Positions 48,181-57,877 of a stretch of DNA of 64,000 nucleotides are shown one piece after another; position 1 is the stretch's first letter; each line of letters begins with the position of its first letter. The stretch is taken from contig JAMJTW010000027.1 of assembly GCA_024281175.1 (NCBI GenBank), positions 1,284 through 65,283 on the forward strand, in the 5' to 3' direction. Both the position numbers and the translations under genes were made by a program. Below the pieces are notes generated by a model. It worked only from the letters and a program-made list of their open reading frames with translations. It was not told the DNA's origin and made no database searches. The DNA comes from Candidatus Thiovulum imperiosus (GTDB lineage: Bacteria > Campylobacterota > Campylobacteria > Campylobacterales > Thiovulaceae).

Positions 48181-48741
48181 ATGTTTTGTATGTTGAAAAT
48201 AGCACAAATGGTGTTTGTAAATCAGAAGAGTGAAAAACGGGATAAAGAGTTAGATTTTTTCATGAAATCAATTAGTGACGAGACTTATCTTGACTTGATA
48301 AGAGCAAGAGTAGAGTATCTAATTGATGAGGGTTTTAAATATAGTGAGCAACTTGAAATTATCAACAGAGAGTCTGGCAGAAATATAAGTTACAACACTT
48401 ATACAAATTTTGTGAAACTTTTCATTTTGGAAAATCCAGAAAACCTATTTCAGATGAGGGAGTTTTATAAACAGTATAAAGGATTTTATCCACAACTTGA
48501 AGCTCCAGAAAAACCAGCTCCAAAAATTCAAGAAGTTAAACCTATTCTTGAAACCGAAGTTGTTTCAAAACCAAAACCTAAGAAAAAGAGTCCTCCACCT
48601 CTAAAACCTACGGGAACTACAGAAGATTATAAATCTAAAGTGAAAATAGAGCCTCTCAAAAAGCCTAAAGTGAACAAAGCCCCTGAAAGAGATATCGGCT
48701 TTAAACACGAAGCCATGCCAAATGTGGACGAATTATATTAA
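48181..48741 (+). CDS. TraK/StbA-like HTH protein, paralog 2, with Pro/Lys-rich linker
   Basis: YLDLIRARVEYLIDEGFKYSEQLEII..ISYNTYTNFVKLFI aligns with paralog 1; ends GFKHEAMPNVDELY. Confidence 0.6.
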   Translation: MFCMLKIAQMVFVNQKSEKRDKELDFFMKSISDETYLDLIRARVEYLIDEGFKYSEQLEIINRESGRNISYNTYTNFVKLFILENPENLFQMREFYKQYKGFYPQLEAPEKPAPKIQEVKPILETEVVSKPKPKKKSPPPLKPTGTTEDYKSKVKIEPLKKPKVNKAPERDIGFKHEAMPNVDELY

Positions 48742-48783
48742 TTTGTGGTAAATTTAGAAAAGTAATTTCTTAAGGGGGTTTAT

Positions 48784-49239
48784 ATGGACATTGAGTTGGA
48801 GGAGAGATTGTATAAAAAGAGAATAGAGTTAGCTTCAGTTGAAAAGAGAGTTTTAGCACATCTTATTGATGACTTGGTCTTAGCTCTACTTCTTTTTGTT
48901 ATTTTATCAGATGCAATTAGCAATACAACTAGTGCAAGTGAAAGATTAGTTTTAATAAATTCTCTTGTTTTAGAATTCATGTTTGTTAAATTTCTCTATC
49001 AAGCTATATTTACAACACTGTATGGTGGTTCTATTGGCAAAATACTCCTTAAAATTAAAGTTGTTGGAGTAGAAGATTTTTCAGAAATCGGAATATTTGA
49101 AGCGATGAACCGCTCATTTGTTCGACTCGGTAGCGAAGCTATCTTCTACTTAGGTTTTCTATGGGCAATTTTTGACTATAATCGTCAAGGTTGGCATGAC
49201 AAGTCGGCAAGAACTATTGTAATTAATGCAAAAAAATAG
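48784..49239 (+). CDS. RDD family membrane protein
   Basis: KRVLAHLIDD, GGSIGK, RQGWHDK. Confidence 0.9.
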   Translation: MDIELEERLYKKRIELASVEKRVLAHLIDDLVLALLLFVILSDAISNTTSASERLVLINSLVLEFMFVKFLYQAIFTTLYGGSIGKILLKIKVVGVEDFSEIGIFEAMNRSFVRLGSEAIFYLGFLWAIFDYNRQGWHDKSARTIVINAKK

Positions 49240-51307
49240 TCTCTTCTTTCTACTACTTTTCTATCTTCCTCTATTTGGGGAAGAACGACTCTATTTTCTT
49301 TCAGATAGAGTCTCCGTTTCAGATGAAAAAGTTACAGCTTATCGAGATGCAACTATCATATTCAAAAATAAATATATGAGAGCTGAACAGATACTCTACA
49401 ATGAAGAGGCTGGTTTTATTGAACTTTTTGGTGATATTACTCTTGTAGAAAATGGCATCTATTTTTTTGTTGGAGATTATGCAAAAGTATCCATAGATGG
49501 TAAAAAAGTTAATTTAGACAATATGTTTTTGTATCACAAACCAAGACATATATGGATATACTCAAGTGAAGCCAACTCAACAAATAATGAGTACATTTTA
49601 GAAGATACTTTTCTATCGAGTTGTAGGAGTGAAGACCCTGATTGGGGATTTTATGTGAATAGTGGAGTGTTTGATAAAAATGAAGAACTTTTTGAACTCT
49701 ATAATATCATTTTATACGCTTCTGATATTCCAGTATTCTACATACCCTACTTAAATTTCTCAATTAAGAGAGAGCGAAAAAGTGGTCTTCTTGTTCCACA
49801 GTTTGGTTTATCTGTTGATGAGGGTTTCTATATCTCTCAACCAATATATCTTGTTCCAAATGAGTGGTCAGATTTTGAAATATCTCCACAAGTTAGGACA
49901 CAACGGGGGAATGGAGGATATCTCAAGTACCGATTTACAGACTCTTTTTTCTCAAAAGGGGAGGTGACAGCTGGTTACTTTAGAGAGAAGAATGCCTATT
50001 TTGAACAAGAGAACTTGGCAAACCAAGAGCATTATGGAGTGGAGTTTTTATATAGAAGGAACTCTCTTTTAAGAGATTTTGATGATGGACTCTATGTAGA
50101 TTTAAAATATCTGAATGATATCGATTACATGAACTTAAAACCGAAATATAAGAATGAAAATCGAGAAACAACAAACCTCATCGACTCTAGGGTAAACTAC
50201 TATATCTCTAAAGATGAACACTCTCTCGGTTTATATAGTAGATACACAATAGATACATCAAAAGACTCAAATAGAGATACTCTGCAAATAACACCTCATA
50301 TCCAATACCACTACGATATATCACCATTTTTAAATAATTTTCTCTACTCTTTTGATTACAACTTTAAAAATTTCAAAAGAGAAGTTGGAGCAACTGCAAC
50401 TCAACATGAAGTTACAGTTCCAATTATATTTTACACATCATTTTATGATGACTATTGGAGATTTAGAGTTACTGAACACCTTTACGGTAGTCAGATAGAC
50501 TTTTATCAAACAGATAAATTTAGAGACTCTAGTAATTTATATATGAGATATTATCATCAGATAGAACTCTTTTCAGATTTATCTAAAAAATATGAAGGTA
50601 GTTTTCACTCAATAAATTTTGGACTAAATTTGATATTGCCAGACCATGAACACAAAAAAGGTTTCTACTCTCCAGAAGAGGTAAACAATGAAGAGTGCAT
50701 GGCTGGAAATCCTTGTGAATTTCAAACAGAGAATAGAGTAGAGAGTAAGTTGGAATTCAAATTTTCTCAATATCTTCACCAACTATCTGGTGATGAGGTT
50801 CTCTATCACAAAATCATTCAACCTGTAAATATTGAAAATAGAGAAATTTTAGGTTTAGGACTTTTTGAAAATGAGTTTCGATGGCAATTTGACAAAAGTT
50901 TCTCTTTATATAACAACTTTATTTATTCAGTAGATGATACTATCATAACGCAAGTTTCATCTATTGCTCAATATAAACTTGAAGATTACTCTCTTGATGT
51001 TTCCCATTTTGCAAAGAATGATAAATTTGCTGATGATTTAGAGTTTGTCTCTTCTGAGTTTTCAACAGTTTTAAATGATAAATATTCATTCTCTGGACAC
51101 TACTCCTACGATTTAATCGACCAATCAACAAGAAGTTGGGGAGTTGGTTATGAGATGAAAAAAAGATGTTGGAATTATAAGGTAGACTACAAATATGAAT
51201 ATCTACCCAATATGACAAAGAGTGGAACTTCAACACAAGAGAATAGTACATTCTATTTTCTAATAGAGCTTTACCCTTTGGGTGGATTTGAATATGGAGT
51301 AAAATAG
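49226..51307 (+). CDS. lptD: LPS assembly protein LptD
   Basis: SSC...PDW, PVFYIPY, RKSGLLVP, KKRCW, C-terminal PLGG. Confidence 0.9.
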   Translation: MQKNSLFFLLLFYLPLFGEERLYFLSDRVSVSDEKVTAYRDATIIFKNKYMRAEQILYNEEAGFIELFGDITLVENGIYFFVGDYAKVSIDGKKVNLDNMFLYHKPRHIWIYSSEANSTNNEYILEDTFLSSCRSEDPDWGFYVNSGVFDKNEELFELYNIILYASDIPVFYIPYLNFSIKRERKSGLLVPQFGLSVDEGFYISQPIYLVPNEWSDFEISPQVRTQRGNGGYLKYRFTDSFFSKGEVTAGYFREKNAYFEQENLANQEHYGVEFLYRRNSLLRDFDDGLYVDLKYLNDIDYMNLKPKYKNENRETTNLIDSRVNYYISKDEHSLGLYSRYTIDTSKDSNRDTLQITPHIQYHYDISPFLNNFLYSFDYNFKNFKREVGATATQHEVTVPIIFYTSFYDDYWRFRVTEHLYGSQIDFYQTDKFRDSSNLYMRYYHQIELFSDLSKKYEGSFHSINFGLNLILPDHEHKKGFYSPEEVNNEECMAGNPCEFQTENRVESKLEFKFSQYLHQLSGDEVLYHKIIQPVNIENREILGLGLFENEFRWQFDKSFSLYNNFIYSVDDTIITQVSSIAQYKLEDYSLDVSHFAKNDKFADDLEFVSSEFSTVLNDKYSFSGHYSYDLIDQSTRSWGVGYEMKKRCWNYKVDYKYEYLPNMTKSGTSTQENSTFYFLIELYPLGGFEYGVK

Positions 51308-52681
51308 ATGACAACAGAAGCGAAAGTCGGTTTTTTTATAATTTTTGGATTAGTAATGCTTTTCTTACTTACAACTCAAGTAAATAATTTTAGAAATGTA
51401 AAATCTAATGGCTATACACTAGAAGTATATATTGATGACTCAACTGGTTTATCAAAAAATACAAAAGTTAAAATGAATGGAATTAATGTTGGCTGGATAA
51501 AAAATTTAAAGATAGCTGAAGATTTTGTAGTTTTAGAGATTTTTATAAAAGATGGGTATAAAGTTCCAAGAGACTCTGAAGTTTTACTTGTTCAGGAAAA
51601 TCTACTTGGTAGTAGAATTGTTCTTATTCGAAGAGGCGATAGCAGAGAGTATCTCTCTGAAGGAGATTTCATAAAGAAATATAAGGTTTACGCCTCTTTT
51701 GAAGAGACAAGTGATAGCATATATCAAACTTCTGAACAGTTTGGGAAACTTGCAAGAGAGTTACGAGAAACTATGAATATGGAGAGAAGAGCAGATGTTC
51801 AAAATGCAATTATCGATTTAAGTGAAATTCTCCTTGAAGTGAAAGAGATTTTAAAAGAGAACAGAGGAGATTTCAGAGCTACTATGTACAATGTACGGTC
51901 AGCAACAGATAGATTGCCTTATGTTGTCTCTACTCTTGAAAAAACTTTAAAGAGATATGATACTGTTGGAGTAACTATAAATAGAGAAGTTGAAGATGTT
52001 GCAATGTATGCCAAATCTCTAATTCAAGAACTTAACAATACAGTTGGAGATAATGGTGATAGTCTTGGAGATACTCTTGAGTCAGTAGACTCATTTTTCA
52101 CAGCAGGAGAAGAGTCTTTAGAAAAGTTAGACAAAATTCTGGCTTCTATGACAGAGTCAGAACTTCAATTTGCAATGAGAGTTGAGAGTCATGGTAGAGA
52201 TGATATGGTTAAAACTTATGTAGATATAAATTATTTACCAAATCCAAACACATACTATCTCTTTTCAATGGTATCTTCACCAAATTTTGAAGAGAAAAGA
52301 GAAGATGGAACTTTTGAAAACACTCTACACACTGAAGATGAGACATACTTCTCAATTCAGTATGGAAAGAGATATGGAGATTGGCTCTTTAGAGCTGGAC
52401 TTATCGAAAGTAGAGGTGGTATTGGAGTAGATTATTTTTCTATGGAAGATGACTTAAAAGTATCTCTGGAAGTTTCAGATTTTAGTGCCATAAATGATAT
52501 TCGAAATGAGTACGGAAATGTCAAATCAACTGTGCGATATAGAATTTATGACCATATTGACTTTTTTGCTGGAGGTGACAACCTCATCAACGAAGATAGA
52601 AGACTATTTTTTGGAGTTGGTTTCTATTTCATAGATAATGACTTGAAAACTCTTGTTGGAATGGCAGGAAGTGCTTTATAG
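51308..52681 (+). CDS. MCE/MlaD family protein with long helical and beta-rich C-terminal region
   Basis: EAKVG + TM, GL...TKVKMNGINVG, NLLG. Confidence 0.85.
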   Translation: MTTEAKVGFFIIFGLVMLFLLTTQVNNFRNVKSNGYTLEVYIDDSTGLSKNTKVKMNGINVGWIKNLKIAEDFVVLEIFIKDGYKVPRDSEVLLVQENLLGSRIVLIRRGDSREYLSEGDFIKKYKVYASFEETSDSIYQTSEQFGKLARELRETMNMERRADVQNAIIDLSEILLEVKEILKENRGDFRATMYNVRSATDRLPYVVSTLEKTLKRYDTVGVTINREVEDVAMYAKSLIQELNNTVGDNGDSLGDTLESVDSFFTAGEESLEKLDKILASMTESELQFAMRVESHGRDDMVKTYVDINYLPNPNTYYLFSMVSSPNFEEKREDGTFENTLHTEDETYFSIQYGKRYGDWLFRAGLIESRGGIGVDYFSMEDDLKVSLEVSDFSAINDIRNEYGNVKSTVRYRIYDHIDFFAGGDNLINEDRRLFFGVGFYFIDNDLKTLVGMAGSAL

Positions 52682-52684
52682 AAG

Positions 52685-53464
52685 ATGGTGGAAGAAGTAA
52701 CACTAGAGAATATTGATAAATATATAGAGGAGAAGAGTTCTCTTTTTGTTCCTCCATCAATGAAAGATGCAAAAGAGACTCTTCTTGAAATTGTCTACTC
52801 AAATGAGAGAGGGGTCTATATCATTTATGGAGAACAGGATATTGGAAAGAGCCGTTTAATAAATTCTATAAAAGAGGAGATAGAAAATGATATTTTCATT
52901 ATCTCTAAACCTTATCAAACAGAGAGAGAGACTCTTGACGAACTTTATAGACAACTTCGAGGAAAACAGTTTGCTGAAAGTGTAAAACTTTATGAAGTGA
53001 AAATTAGAGTTAATGACGCTTTTAAGAAAGTTAGTCACACTATCATAATAGATAATACTTCTGAGTTTTCAAAAAATGTTTTAATAGAACTCTTGAGATT
53101 TGCAATTGAGGCAGTTGATTTGAAAGTTCTATTTGTCTTTAGTAATAATTGGAGAGATTTAGAACTTGATGTTACTCCAAAATTTGAGATAAAACTTCAC
53201 AAAATGGTTGAAAAAGATATTGGGAACTATTTAGATTTTCTTTTTTTAGATACAGAGTTTGAGAGTGAATTGAAAGAGTTTAAAAAACATATTCATTTCA
53301 TTTTTGAGACTTCAAAAGGAAATTTTACATCTATGATGGCTCTTATTTCTGGTGTTTTTGAAATCATAGGTTTTGCCAAAAAAGAGGAGTTGGAAAAACA
53401 TCAGAAAGTAAATGAGTGCCTTATAGTTATGAGTGCTTTTCATAAAGAGTTGATTGATGGATAA
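52685..53464 (+). CDS. ExeA/CtsP-like AAA ATPase with degenerate motifs
   Basis: GEQDIGKS (Walker A-like), IIIDN (Walker B-like), SKGNF, MSA..ELI. Confidence 0.6.
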   Translation: MVEEVTLENIDKYIEEKSSLFVPPSMKDAKETLLEIVYSNERGVYIIYGEQDIGKSRLINSIKEEIENDIFIISKPYQTERETLDELYRQLRGKQFAESVKLYEVKIRVNDAFKKVSHTIIIDNTSEFSKNVLIELLRFAIEAVDLKVLFVFSNNWRDLELDVTPKFEIKLHKMVEKDIGNYLDFLFLDTEFESELKEFKKHIHFIFETSKGNFTSMMALISGVFEIIGFAKKEELEKHQKVNECLIVMSAFHKELIDG

Positions 53465-55907
53465 AACCAAACTATTACAACTTGAACTTAAATGTAAACA
53501 GTATCAGAAGAGTAGAGGTGGTCTCTTCTCGAAATTCAAAGACTTAAAATTTCCAAAAATATCTTTTCCTAAAAGTTTTCCAAAATTTTCGAAGAAAATT
53601 GTAATTGCTATTCTAATTCTCATTCTTATTACAATTTCATTTTTCTTTGGAGAAAAAGCTATAAATCGGTTTGCAGATAGCAACATCTCTTTACAATTTG
53701 ATTTCAATTTTTCAAGTTGGCTTCCAGACATGAATTTCTCTTTTTTTGAAGATACAAACTTTTCTGCTAAAGATATTTTAGAGCATATAGAGACAAATAG
53801 TTCAGTTTGGAAAGATTTACTTCCTGAAGATAATGGCTCTTTTGAGTATGAAATCAACAATACTCTAATTGAGAAAAAAGAGATAACAGAAGTTGATAGC
53901 AGTGATGAGATGATAGATTTTAAGAACTATATTCTGCTTGACTACCGAGAAGTTCGAGAAAATGAAATTGAAGATTTAGTTCATATTGAGATGGAAGAGG
54001 AGATAGTTCTTATCGGAGAACCTGATGATAGCTATCATATATTTGAAGAGGAAATTAAAAAAGAGGTTGTAAAAAAGGTAGAAGTTTATAAAGAAGAGTT
54101 CGTATTTGAACCAACTCCACCAACTGAAATAGTCTATGTTGCTGAAGTTCAACTAGTTGGTGAAGAGTTTGTTCTTACTAATATCGAAAAAGAGCAACCA
54201 AAAATAGAGTGGGACGATATTTACATCTTTGATGAGAACATCTCTCCGCAAAATATGAAGTCAAGTAAAGATGATGATTTTGATGTTATAGTAGATAGAA
54301 GAGATTTAGAATTAAAAGAGGTAGAGAAAAAAAATCGAGAAAATTTAGATGGTATTGAAAATATGGCAATCATTGTTAATGATATGGAAGCTGAAAATTC
54401 AATTCCTCTAAACCCAATAGATGAGGTTATGGAGATAGAACCTATCGCCTCTTTAAAACCTCAAAAAATAGAAGAAGAGATAGCTTCTCAAAACGAAGCT
54501 CCACCATTACCAGATAGCTGGGGTGATTTTCGACTTTTTCCAACTGTTCCTGAACCAACTAAAATTGAGGAAGATACTGTTACTTTAAAAGAGGAACTTC
54601 CAAAACAGGTCGAAAAACCTCAAGTTTTCACAGAAATTCCAAAACCAAAACTTGAAGAAGAGAAAGTTGAAGTAGAAGAGTTGCCACTACCAAAAGATTG
54701 GGAAAACTTCAAACTATTTCCAAGTATAGATGCACAAGTAGAAGTTGTAGAAGAAAAGGAAGTTGTTGCAAAAGAGGAGCTTCCAAAAGATTGGGAAAAC
54801 TTCAAACTATTTCCAAGTATAGATGCACAAGTAGAAGTTGTAGAAGAAAAAGAAGTTGTTGTAAAAGAGGAACTTCCGAAAGATTGGGAAAACTTCAAAC
54901 TCTTTCCAAGTGTAGATGCACAAGTAGAAGTTGTAGAAGAAAAAGAAGTTGTTGTAAAAGAGGAATTACCAAAAGATTGGGAAAACTTCAAACTCTTTCC
55001 TGATAGAGAAGCTGAAATTAGAGAAGATGAAAAAGAGGTTGTTGCAAAAGAGGAGCTACCGAAAGATTGGGAAAACTTCAAACTCTTTCCTGATAGGGAA
55101 GCTGAAATAGTTGAAAGAGCAAAAAAGGAGATAGAGATAGTCCCATCTAGTGAAAAGTGGGACGGATATCAACTTTTTGTAGATATAAATAAGAGCGTTA
55201 AAATTGAAGAAGTTGTTGAAGAGAAAGAAGAGGCTCTTGAAAAGGAGGAGCTTCCAAAAGATTGGGAAAATTTCAAGCTCTTTTCTGATAGAAATAGAAG
55301 TACTGACATAGTTGAGGCAGGAGAGAAAGAAGTTGAGATAATTCCTCTATCTGAAGCCGTAGAGCTACCAAATTTTGAGACTGTTCAGCCAGAAATTGTA
55401 GAAAAAGAGATACATGAAATTAGTGAAGTGGAAGAAGATTTACCTCTACCTCAAGATTGGGAAAACTTTGAACTTTTTCCAGAGACAAACAGAAGTATAA
55501 ATATAGTTGAAGTTGCTGAAGAAGAGGAGATAGAAGAGAGTATGCCAGAAGAGACAGTAGAACCATCTTTAGAAATTCCTTCGATATCTTTTCCAAATTT
55601 AGAAGATAGCGACACCTCCTTTGAAGATAATGAACTTGAAGAATATGTTGATGAGGTTTCAGAAATTCCAGAAAAGAGATTTGAAATTCCTGAGATTCCA
55701 GAAAAGAAATTTGAAGTTCCAAAAACTCCTGAGATTCCAGAAAAGAAATTTGAAGTTCCAGAAACTCCTGAGATTCCAGAAAAGAAACCTGAAGTTTCTG
55801 AACAGAAGAGAACAGCACCTTCAAATGACATTCCTCCAGCAGAAGAGATACCAATTCGAGAATATAATACAATTTTTATTTCACCAACTGTTGTGTTTCC
55901 AAAGTAA
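53454..55907 (+). CDS. Membrane-anchored, highly acidic repeat protein
   Basis: Basic N-terminus, single TM, Glu-rich body with PKDWENFKLFP and EIPEKKFEVP repeats. Confidence 0.8.
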   Translation: MMDKTKLLQLELKCKQYQKSRGGLFSKFKDLKFPKISFPKSFPKFSKKIVIAILILILITISFFFGEKAINRFADSNISLQFDFNFSSWLPDMNFSFFEDTNFSAKDILEHIETNSSVWKDLLPEDNGSFEYEINNTLIEKKEITEVDSSDEMIDFKNYILLDYREVRENEIEDLVHIEMEEEIVLIGEPDDSYHIFEEEIKKEVVKKVEVYKEEFVFEPTPPTEIVYVAEVQLVGEEFVLTNIEKEQPKIEWDDIYIFDENISPQNMKSSKDDDFDVIVDRRDLELKEVEKKNRENLDGIENMAIIVNDMEAENSIPLNPIDEVMEIEPIASLKPQKIEEEIASQNEAPPLPDSWGDFRLFPTVPEPTKIEEDTVTLKEELPKQVEKPQVFTEIPKPKLEEEKVEVEELPLPKDWENFKLFPSIDAQVEVVEEKEVVAKEELPKDWENFKLFPSIDAQVEVVEEKEVVVKEELPKDWENFKLFPSVDAQVEVVEEKEVVVKEELPKDWENFKLFPDREAEIREDEKEVVAKEELPKDWENFKLFPDREAEIVERAKKEIEIVPSSEKWDGYQLFVDINKSVKIEEVVEEKEEALEKEELPKDWENFKLFSDRNRSTDIVEAGEKEVEIIPLSEAVELPNFETVQPEIVEKEIHEISEVEEDLPLPQDWENFELFPETNRSINIVEVAEEEEIEESMPEETVEPSLEIPSISFPNLEDSDTSFEDNELEEYVDEVSEIPEKRFEIPEIPEKKFEVPKTPEIPEKKFEVPETPEIPEKKPEVSEQKRTAPSNDIPPAEEIPIREYNTIFISPTVVFPK
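54690..55100 (+). repeat. Intragenic tandem repeat, 93-bp (31-aa) unit, 5 copies
   Basis: CC(A/G)AAAGATTGGGAAAACTTCAAACT at 54690, 54783, 54876, 54969 and 55059; dispersed copies near 54510, 55254 and 55449. Confidence 0.92.
55662..55795 (+). repeat. Intragenic tandem repeat EIPEKKFEVP(E/K)TP, about 4 copies
   Basis: GAGATTCCAGAAAAGAAATTTGAAGTTCCA repeated at 30-39 bp spacing. Confidence 0.85.
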
Positions 55908-55917
55908 AAGGAGTTAT

Positions 55918-56379
55918 TTGATTAAATTATATTGGATAGGAAAAGAGGAAAAAGATAGTTATTCTGAAATTGAGAAGAGATTCTTAAAAATCTCTTCAAA
56001 ATATGCAAAAGTGGAGTCAAACCCAGTTTGGAATAGAGATATTCAGAAACAGCAGAATAGCGGAAATGTAGTGGAGATAGAGAACTCTTACAGAAATATG
56101 TTAGAAAAGTATCTTCAGAAAGATAGCTACAACATAGTTTTAGACCCTCTTGGAAAAGAGTTAGATACAGTAGAGTTTTCTAAAATCCTAAAAGAGAATT
56201 CAAAAGTCTCATTTTTTATTGGAGGAGCTTATGGATTTAATGATAAATTTCGCAAAGAGGGTGATTTACTTCTCAGAGTTTCAAAACTTACAATGAGTCA
56301 TAAAGTCGCTAGAGTTGTTCTTTTAGAACAGATATATCGAGGTTTAACTATAAATAGTAATCACCCTTATCACAAATAG
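55918..56379 (+). CDS. rlmH: 23S rRNA pseudouridine-1915 N3-methyltransferase
   Basis: LDPLGK, FFIGGAYG, LTMSH..AR..LLEQIYRG..HPYHK; TTG 55918 follows AGGAG. Confidence 0.93.
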   Translation: MIKLYWIGKEEKDSYSEIEKRFLKISSKYAKVESNPVWNRDIQKQQNSGNVVEIENSYRNMLEKYLQKDSYNIVLDPLGKELDTVEFSKILKENSKVSFFIGGAYGFNDKFRKEGDLLLRVSKLTMSHKVARVVLLEQIYRGLTINSNHPYHK

Positions 56380-56464
56380 TATTTTAAATTTTCAATAGTT
56401 TATAAGCTATATGTAGTGATAATCACGAAATTAAGAAAATTCTAAAGTAACAATAAGGAAAAAA

Positions 56465-56836
56465 ATGGCAAACTTAAATTTAGAGATAATTACTCCAAAT
56501 GGTCTAATATTTTCAGGTGGAGTTAAAGATGTTGTTCTTCCTGGCGAAGAGGGTGAATTTGGAGTTCTTCCTGAACATGTTGGACTATTTACTCTATTAA
56601 ATGCTGGAGTTATAGAGTTTACAAAAGAGAGTGGTGATGTTGATGCTGTCGTTATCTCTTCTGGAAATGTAACAGTTGAAAGCAATTCTGTTATTGCTCT
56701 TGTAGAGGGTGCAGTTTCACTTGAAGGAAAAGGTGATGGAGATATTGCAAAAGCTCTTGATGGAGTAAAAGACCTTCTACAAGATGTTACTGACTCTCAA
56801 AATATTTTAGCTTCTGTTGAAGCAAGAATGAGATGA
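56465..56836 (+). CDS. atpC: ATP synthase F1 epsilon subunit
   Basis: LEIITPNG, LPGEEGEFGVLPEH. Confidence 0.93.
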   Translation: MANLNLEIITPNGLIFSGGVKDVVLPGEEGEFGVLPEHVGLFTLLNAGVIEFTKESGDVDAVVISSGNVTVESNSVIALVEGAVSLEGKGDGDIAKALDGVKDLLQDVTDSQNILASVEARMR

Positions 56837-57441
56837 TAGATTTACTCTACAACTTTTATGAGGAGAGTAGTGTAATAACATTTGTTGTTATTGGGCTACT
56901 AAGCCTCTACTTTATAGGAATAAATTGGCTATTCCTCTATCGAATGGTAATCATTAAAGATAATATTAAAAATGAGAGCCGAGCCTACCAATCTATTTTA
57001 ACAGGTGGAGAGAGAATATCAGAATTTTCTCTAATTCGTAAATATGTTTTAGCAAAACAGAAAAATGAGAAACTTATTTCCGAAAATCTGCTAAAAGTTA
57101 TCAAATTTACTGTAACAAAAGACGCTTCAAAAGGGCTTCATATCTTAAGTATAGTAGCTTCAACTTCTCCATTTATTGGACTTTTTGGTACAGTTGTCTC
57201 AATTTTGGAAACATTTTCAACTTTAGGAAATTCTGAATTGGGTGCTATCTCTGTTATTGCACAGGGTGTTTCTGAAGCACTTATTGCTACAGCTGTTGGT
57301 ATTTTTGTAGCAACTTTTGCCTACACTTATCACCAGATTTTAAAAAGAAGAGCTTATGAACTTGTTGAAATAGTTGGAATGGAAGCAGAACTAATTCTCT
57401 TTGGAAATCGAGAAATAAAAGTGGAGCAAGAAAGTGTATGA
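56833..57441 (+). CDS. MotA/TolQ/ExbB proton channel protein
   Basis: ASTSPFIGLFGTV, SEALIATAVGIFVA. Confidence 0.92.
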   Translation: MIDLLYNFYEESSVITFVVIGLLSLYFIGINWLFLYRMVIIKDNIKNESRAYQSILTGGERISEFSLIRKYVLAKQKNEKLISENLLKVIKFTVTKDASKGLHILSIVASTSPFIGLFGTVVSILETFSTLGNSELGAISVIAQGVSEALIATAVGIFVATFAYTYHQILKRRAYELVEIVGMEAELILFGNREIKVEQESV

Positions 57442-57823
57442 TTGGGACGAAAAGCCTGAATTAAATATCACTCCTCTTGTTGATGTTATGCTTGTTCTTC
57501 TTGCAATTTTGATGGTGACAGCACCAACAATGGTTTATGAAGAGCTTATCCAATTACCAAAAGGTTCTAAAACAGATCCTCTTAAAAAAGCGTATTCCAT
57601 AGAGATAAGAGTTACAAAAAGTAAAGATGTAACTATTGAAAAGGTGAATTACGATTTTGATAAGTTTCCCGATGAATTTATTCTTTTTGCTCAAAATAAG
57701 GATAAAGGTACTCCTGTAACAATTAGTGCAGATGAGAGAATACTTTATAAAGATGTTATGCACATCTTAAAAAGCGTTAAAATGGCTGGATTTACTCAAG
57801 TCTCTCTAAGCACAAATGGATAG
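57434..57823 (+). CDS. ExbD/TolR protein
   Basis: LNITPLVDVMLVLL, ISAD...Y. Confidence 0.92.
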   Translation: MYDWDEKPELNITPLVDVMLVLLAILMVTAPTMVYEELIQLPKGSKTDPLKKAYSIEIRVTKSKDVTIEKVNYDFDKFPDEFILFAQNKDKGTPVTISADERILYKDVMHILKSVKMAGFTQVSLSTNG

Positions 57824-57848
57824 AGAAGTAGCAATAAGCTATTTCTCT
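57822..57848 (+). terminator. Intrinsic terminator-like hairpin
   Basis: AGAGAAGTAGC-aataa-GCTATTTCTCT followed by TTCT. Confidence 0.6.
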
Positions 57849-57877
57849 TTCTCCAAAAAATTCTTTCAAGGTTTTCA

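Noticed and set aside
54690-55100. Regular repeats as a possible CRISPR array
   Set aside because: The units are in-frame 93-bp coding repeats with near-identical intervening sequence, and there are no cas genes
54620-55872. Antisense Ser/Phe-rich ORFs
   Set aside because: Expected complement of Glu/Lys-rich repeats; the same applies to the other short antisense ORFs in the track
55621-55917. Long N-terminal extension of RlmH
   Set aside because: It is an alternate frame of the upstream repeat gene; TTG 55918 has an AGGAG SD
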